The notes below the pieces were generated by a model that was not told the DNA's origin, made no database searches, and saw nothing but the letters and a program-made list of their open reading frames with translations. Shown one piece after another: positions 46,099-50,002 of a DNA stretch of 50,002 nucleotides. Numbering within the stretch: position 1 is the first letter of the stretch; every line of letters begins with the position of its first letter. The stretch is from the sequence record PP134913; one strand, written 5' to 3'. The translations under genes were made by a program, and so were the position numbers. The DNA is from Shigella phage phiL.

Positions 46099-46137
46099 GG
46101 TGATTACTCTGATTGGTTGCTTAACTCAACGAAGGGC

Positions 46138-46182
46138 ATTCTATCAAATACCCTTGAGCAAGTTTTAGCAATTCGTGCTATT
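46138..46182 (-). promoter_or_regulatory. conserved promoter-like element
   Basis: AATAGCACGAATTGCTAAAA ... TAGAAT. Confidence 0.5.
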
Positions 46183-46627
46183 ACCAGCAACTGATCTCAT
46201 AATCAGCCCAAGTGTCAAAGCTACACTGGCTGAAGTCGCCGCCGTAGTTTTCCATAATTTCATCGACCAGGAAGTAACAGGACTCACCGTTACGGTAGAA
46301 GTATGAATCTGCAACGTTACGCGCCCAGCGTCCGGCATCCTTCTTGCTCATCTTCCAGTATTTCATTGCAATTTTCTTGAATGCACGCACAACACGCTTG
46401 CGGATCTTAATGTGCTTGTACACCGCGTTGCAGCCGTAGGCCATATATTCGTTATCGCCAAGATTCTGCATAATGTACGGATTTACTTCTTTTGACGTAA
46501 TCATCAGATCGCCATCGCATAGACGCGCATCATGAATACTTGCTGTCATGTAGTGACCTTTGAACATTCCGATGCCGTGAAGAGTGTATTCATCGTTAGG
46601 CGTTTCAATGCAAATTAAGTGTTTCAT
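46181..46627 (-). CDS. hypothetical protein (148 aa)
   Basis: Start set at ATG with GAGGAAG RBS; promoter element 46658..46702. Confidence 0.5.
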   Translation of the reverse strand: MKHLICIETPNDEYTLHGIGMFKGHYMTASIHDARLCDGDLMITSKEVNPYIMQNLGDNEYMAYGCNAVYKHIKIRKRVVRAFKKIAMKYWKMSKKDAGRWARNVADSYFYRNGESCYFLVDEIMENYGGDFSQCSFDTWADYEISCW

Positions 46628-46657
46628 TAGTGCTTCCTCGTTTGTTGGTGTAGGGGA

Positions 46658-46702
46658 ATCATAGCGCATTCCCCTTGATAGGTTTTAGCAATTCGTGCTA
46701 TT
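46658..46702 (-). promoter_or_regulatory. conserved promoter-like element
   Basis: AATAGCACGAATTGCTAAAA ... hairpin GGGGAAT/ATTCCCC with TATGAT. Confidence 0.5.
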
Positions 46703-46903
46703 CGTTTTAATAGTGATGCAAAAATAATTTTTTAAGCACGTCACCACGCGCGCTGAATCGACTTGTGGGAGCCTTAAAATCTCGTGGACCAATTGCACTG
46801 CCGACACCTCAGATTTGTAGTAGTGGGCGATTCTGGAGGTATTTGGGCGCATTCCTTCCACTGCGTCGCGTGCTGCATCTTCTGCTGTCATGATAGTAGC
46901 CAT
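46685..46903 (-). CDS. hypothetical protein (72 aa)
   Basis: ORF whose 3' end reads through motif copy. Confidence 0.4.
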   Translation of the reverse strand: MATIMTAEDAARDAVEGMRPNTSRIAHYYKSEVSAVQLVHEILRLPQVDSARVVTCLKNYFCITIKTNSTNC

Positions 46904-46998
46904 AAAACACCCTTAAGAGATAATGTCAGGATCAGGAGGCAAAATAGCAACTCCTGAAATGATGGCGGCTCGTTATTCCAGTTAGAAAAGTCTGGCAT
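46894..46998 (-). CDS. possible small membrane peptide (34 aa)
   Basis: ATG after GGAGAAAAC; hydrophobic FCLLILTLSL. Confidence 0.3.
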
Positions 46999-47051
46999 AG
47001 TGTTTTCTCCAAAAGAAAGGGGAACCGTTCAGAGCCGATTCCCCATTAGCA

Positions 47052-47690
47052 TTACATGATGAACAACAGCGAAATCGAAGCGACCATGAGAACAAGAGCG
47101 ATAGCCAGACCAGACAAATCTGCCTTCTCTTCAAACTTCGTCGCTGGCTTGCGGTCAACTTCTGACGGCTTGACGTTGTGGATATTGTTCGCCTCAACCT
47201 TACCCTTGACGCAGAAAGTACGCTTGCGCTTCTTGCCGAACGTTGCGAACTTAGTGCCGCCGCTGTTCCAACGAAGACCTTCACCGTTGTGCGTTACGGT
47301 TGCAATGCGGTGGCGGCCCGTGTCGTCGGTCAGTGCTACAGTGTGCTTTGCGTGCTCAGTAGGCACGTCGTAGATTTTGCCAACGGTAAATTTTTTAGTG
47401 TTATCACTGATACATTCGAATTTCATAAATTTTACCTCTTTATTATGCAGTTGGTTGATTGCTTCGATTACGTCGTTAAATTTAACACCATCCACGATTC
47501 GATGGAAGATATATTTTGAGCTACCGCCATACGGAAGGAATATTTCCTGGTATTCGTGACGCCGGACAACATTCACGTTGCAACCGTGCTCATCAATAAT
47601 AACGAAGCTGTCATCATTCACTCTAGCGCCTTCGTACACCCTACCCCACTTAAAACCAGATCCGCTACTTGATACGCATTCAAATTTCAT
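47052..47690 (-). CDS. membrane-anchored protein with internal tandem duplication (212 aa)
   Basis: Two copies of an ~80 aa unit each starting MKFEC; C-terminal TM LSGLAIALVLMVASISLLFIM. Confidence 0.55.
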   Translation of the reverse strand: MKFECVSSSGSGFKWGRVYEGARVNDDSFVIIDEHGCNVNVVRRHEYQEIFLPYGGSSKYIFHRIVDGVKFNDVIEAINQLHNKEVKFMKFECISDNTKKFTVGKIYDVPTEHAKHTVALTDDTGRHRIATVTHNGEGLRWNSGGTKFATFGKKRKRTFCVKGKVEANNIHNVKPSEVDRKPATKFEEKADLSGLAIALVLMVASISLLFIM

Positions 47691-47974
47691 GGTCTAACCT
47701 TCCTGTAAGGTTTGATTGATAACATCACGTATTGCGTGAAGTCGCACCCTTGATCGTCATACCCGCGATTAATGTATGGCGTCACATCGGTAACATCGGA
47801 TACCCTGGCGTGAACTTCCCACCCGGTAAACTCACCGCGCTCGAACTCTCGTAGCTCCAGGATATCACCAACCTGGAAGTTGCGGTCATTGACGCGGAAC
47901 TCTGCCGTTTTGGTTCCGTTCATTACTCCGATGAAATGTACCGGAGCAATCTTAAGTTTATGAATCTTGATCAT
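47687..47974 (-). CDS. ASCH-like (DUF3850-type) small protein
   Basis: N-terminal HKLKIAPVHF...GTKTAEFRVNDRNFQVGD pattern. Confidence 0.5.
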   Translation of the reverse strand: MIKIHKLKIAPVHFIGVMNGTKTAEFRVNDRNFQVGDILELREFERGEFTGWEVHARVSDVTDVTPYINRGYDDQGCDFTQYVMLSIKPYRKVRP

Positions 47975-48164
47975 CTTTCTTTACCTCGAATGTCACGTTC
48001 CAAAACTTGTTTCCGCATGAGTGATAGGTTACGTCTGGCGGCGTGAGTTCGTGCAATGCGTGCCCGATAATCTCCATTCGGTCATTCGGAGTCAGTCCGC
48101 GAAGTGATTCACGTAGGCGCGATGCCTTGTCGTAAATCTGCCATTGAGTGAGTCGTGTAGCCAT
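47958..48164 (-). CDS. hypothetical protein (68 aa)
   Basis: Start set at ATG 48164; promoter element 48205..48250. Confidence 0.4.
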   Translation of the reverse strand: MATRLTQWQIYDKASRLRESLRGLTPNDRMEIIGHALHELTPPDVTYHSCGNKFWNVTFEVKKDDQDS

Positions 48165-48204
48165 AGCTGATTCCTGTGATTGGTTGCTCTGCTTCAATAA
48201 GGCC

Positions 48205-48250
48205 ACTATATCAAATGGCCTTGCGGAAGGTTTAGCAATTCGTGCTATCG
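48205..48250 (-). promoter_or_regulatory. conserved promoter-like element
   Basis: GATAGCACGAATTGCTAAA ... hairpin GGCCA/TGGCC with TATAGT. Confidence 0.5.
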
Positions 48251-48394
48251 TTTAACGCACATCGTTTTTACTTCATATCCGAACGGCTTGTTCTCTGCGA
48301 TTACTTCCCTAGCCTTGTTGCATGATTGCTGACTTTCCATGTATACGTGATCCGGCCCGGTACTCATCAAGATAATCAAAACCCATGCAGCCAT
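48245..48394 (-). CDS. small hypothetical protein (49 aa), hydrophobic N-terminus
   Basis: ATG overlapping upstream TAA; GAGGTG RBS; not in ORF track. Confidence 0.3.
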   Translation of the reverse strand: MAAWVLIILMSTGPDHVYMESQQSCNKAREVIAENKPFGYEVKTMCVKR

Positions 48395-48879
48395 TATTTC
48401 ACCTCGTAGCGTACAAGTGTTCCGCGCTTAATGCTGATTTCACCTGATGCCGTCTTGTGCTTAAAGCCGCCGTAATGCAACAGGAGAATCACCACATCAT
48501 CGTGCACCTCAATAGTTTTAGGCGTGGCGGTAATATCGAGCCATGATTCGCTATCAAGTTGGACACCCTTTAGTGTCGCGCTAACTGGCATGTTCTCGAT
48601 CTGAGTACATTGTAGCATTGGCTTGATTTCTTGCTTTGCGCTATGAAAGATTGCTCGGCCAGCCTTCCAACCAGATCCAACACACTCAACATAATATGGA
48701 AGAGATGGGATGTTATCAGGGTTGTGATTATTGTGAAGCTCAATGAGATTGCCAACAATAGACGGATGACACTCATTGAATGACGAGTCTGTTGCACAGT
48801 CTTTGCTATGGCAGGTTATTTTTCCGCAGCTAATAGTGTTAAAAACTACAGGGAATTTAATCTCGTTTAATTTCAACAT
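48394..48879 (-). CDS. hypothetical Cys-rich protein (161 aa)
   Basis: Downstream of promoter element 48910..48954. Confidence 0.5.
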   Translation of the reverse strand: MLKLNEIKFPVVFNTISCGKITCHSKDCATDSSFNECHPSIVGNLIELHNNHNPDNIPSLPYYVECVGSGWKAGRAIFHSAKQEIKPMLQCTQIENMPVSATLKGVQLDSESWLDITATPKTIEVHDDVVILLLHYGGFKHKTASGEISIKRGTLVRYEVK

Positions 48880-48909
48880 AACTCTTTCATCTTAGTGGTT
48901 GATGTGGGG

Positions 48910-48954
48910 ATTATACCAGTCAGGCCAAATCCCCTTTTAACAATTCGTGCTTAG
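48910..48954 (-). promoter_or_regulatory. conserved promoter-like element
   Basis: AAGCACGAATTGTTAAAA ... TATAAT ... CACATCAACCAC. Confidence 0.5.
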
Positions 48955-49439
48955 TAAACTAACTCGCACTCAATATCGAACGGCTCGGCGTTACAGTGGA
49001 AGAAGCAAAGTGCCTCTTTATTCATCCCGCCGACAAATCCAACGGCTCGCAACTGCTCATCGTTAACGTATGCCAGATTGCTAGTAATTTCTTCAAAGTC
49101 CACGATAACTGGGAATGTGCGGTTCTCATAGCCTTGTCGCAGCGGGTAGCCGCCATTGTTGAGAAGTCGAACCTTGCGCGGCTTGACGTTCGCTTGAACT
49201 TCCCATTCAAAAAAGAACATAGTTACGTCATTCTCGTTAAAGTCAGCTGGACCAAATACAGGGCTAACTGAAAGTCCATAGTCCAGATCGTACACGCCAG
49301 CCTTAACTAGATCGTCAACCTTAACGCGGTAGCCTCCAGTGCCGGAATCGCATTTAACCGCATCAACCACGATAGGGTCTGCTTCCAGGTCGCGGGTAAA
49401 GCCTTTGTAACCGCCAGTGCAAAGTAATTTGATTTTCAT
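48951..49439 (-). CDS. hypothetical protein (162 aa)
   Basis: Start set at ATG with ACGAGGG RBS; promoter element 49471..49515. Confidence 0.5.
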   Translation of the reverse strand: MKIKLLCTGGYKGFTRDLEADPIVVDAVKCDSGTGGYRVKVDDLVKAGVYDLDYGLSVSPVFGPADFNENDVTMFFFEWEVQANVKPRKVRLLNNGGYPLRQGYENRTFPVIVDFEEITSNLAYVNDEQLRAVGFVGGMNKEALCFFHCNAEPFDIECELVY

Positions 49440-49470
49440 GTTTGTGCCCTCGTTCGTTGTCGATGTGGTT

Positions 49471-49515
49471 ACTATATCGCAACCCCGGAATTGAGTTTTA
49501 ACAAAAAGTGCTATT
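49471..49515 (-). promoter_or_regulatory. conserved promoter-like element
   Basis: AATAGCACTTTTTGTTAAAA ... TATAGT AACCACATCGACAACGAACGAGGG. Confidence 0.55.
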
Positions 49516-49684
49516 CGCAAGTGATTTCATTTGATGTGATTGGTAGCAATACGTTTCCAACCATCACGAAAGTAGTAACCTGGTTTCCGGTTTCATGGCA
49601 TCTCTCTTTTACCTCTCCGCAGCCGGACACTACCATGATAGCCAGGGCGACCGCCGCCATCATGCAAATCAGAATGCGCATCAT
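49511..49684 (-). CDS. small lipoprotein (57 aa)
   Basis: Signal peptide MMRILICMMAAVALAIMVVSGC with lipobox; GGGAG RBS. Confidence 0.5.
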   Translation of the reverse strand: MMRILICMMAAVALAIMVVSGCGEVKERCHETGNQVTTFVMVGNVLLPITSNEITCE

Positions 49685-50002
49685 TCGAACGCTCCCGCAC
49701 ACAGTAGTAACATGATTACGATCCCAACAATGGCATGACCCATGCAGAAGAACCAGACGGCAGACCATAATGCAATCGTGTTGAAGTTCATTTCAGTACC
49801 TCGATCTTGTTGTCGCCGATTGAGTTTTCTACTACCGATTGCGGGTCATCGCCAGGAACGCGCATGTAGAAATTACTCACCGCCGTGAAGTTCCATTGAC
49901 CGCGCCACTTGAAATAGACTCCGTGTTTTGCGCCCATTGCGTAGTGAGTGGATTTTGCCGGGATCATGTGCCCGTTAACGCGGGTTAGTTGAGTTAGGTT
50001 GC
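49672..50002. repeat. Wrap-around overlap, copy 2 (genome unit length 49,671 bp)
   Basis: Matches 1..331; A at 49798, 49834, 49875 where copy 1 has C. Confidence 0.9.
49788..50002 (-). CDS. partial second copy of 117..344 ORF (runs off window end)
   Basis: Overlap duplicate; carries the three C-to-A differences. Confidence 0.4.
   Translation of the reverse strand, partial: NLTQLTRVNGHMIPAKSTHYAMGAKHGVYFKWRGQWNFTAVSNFYMRVPGDDPQSVVENSIGDNKIEVLK

Noticed and set aside
654-49515. The roughly 25 dispersed copies of a short repeat could be a CRISPR array
   Set aside because: Copies are scattered over the whole genome at irregular distances of hundreds to thousands of bp, on both strands and mostly in gene-proximal positions; there is no tandem repeat-spacer structure.
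1-50002. Lysogeny module (integrase, CI-like repressor, attachment site)
   Set aside because: No ORF with recombinase or repressor motifs was seen; the only HTH proteins are the Cro/YdaS-like protein and the HTH-phosphoesterase.

Overview
The window is one complete genome unit (49,671 bp) of a tailed, apparently virulent siphophage with T1-like (Drexlerviridae-type) architecture, plus a 331-bp wrap-around overlap (1..331 = 49672..50002, with 3 mismatches). No integrase, CI-type repressor, tRNA or CRISPR array was seen. A long minus-strand late operon (42741 down to 22653) encodes TerS, TerL, portal, MuF-like head protein, scaffold/protease, two paralogous head proteins, major capsid, head-tail connectors, major tail, the G/GT chaperone, tape measure, and lambda M/L/K/I/J-like tail-tip proteins. 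Replication and recombination genes lie at 9757..20908 (metallophosphoesterase, Dam, VRR-NUC, SF2 helicase, primase-like, SSB, Erf, exonuclease), with a tail-fiber gene and a Cro/YdaS-like HTH gene embedded. The lysis cassette is holin, GH24 endolysin and a unimolecular spanin (8291..9422). Two blocks of small early genes occupy 2825..8169 (+) and 43055..49684 plus 117..2183 (-). Most notable signals: a dispersed near-palindromic motif (AATAGCAC-N5-GyTAAA, about 25 copies) that forms a fixed promoter architecture in front of at least 16 genes; an in-frame TGA replacing the conserved Gly of the DxDGT motif of a HAD phosphatase; a C-to-A pattern shared by that stop and the three overlap mismatches; a duplicated AT-rich module in the two divergent control regions; and a canonical -1 frameshift site in the tail chaperone gene. 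All functional calls are from motifs read by eye in the supplied translations; no database search was run.
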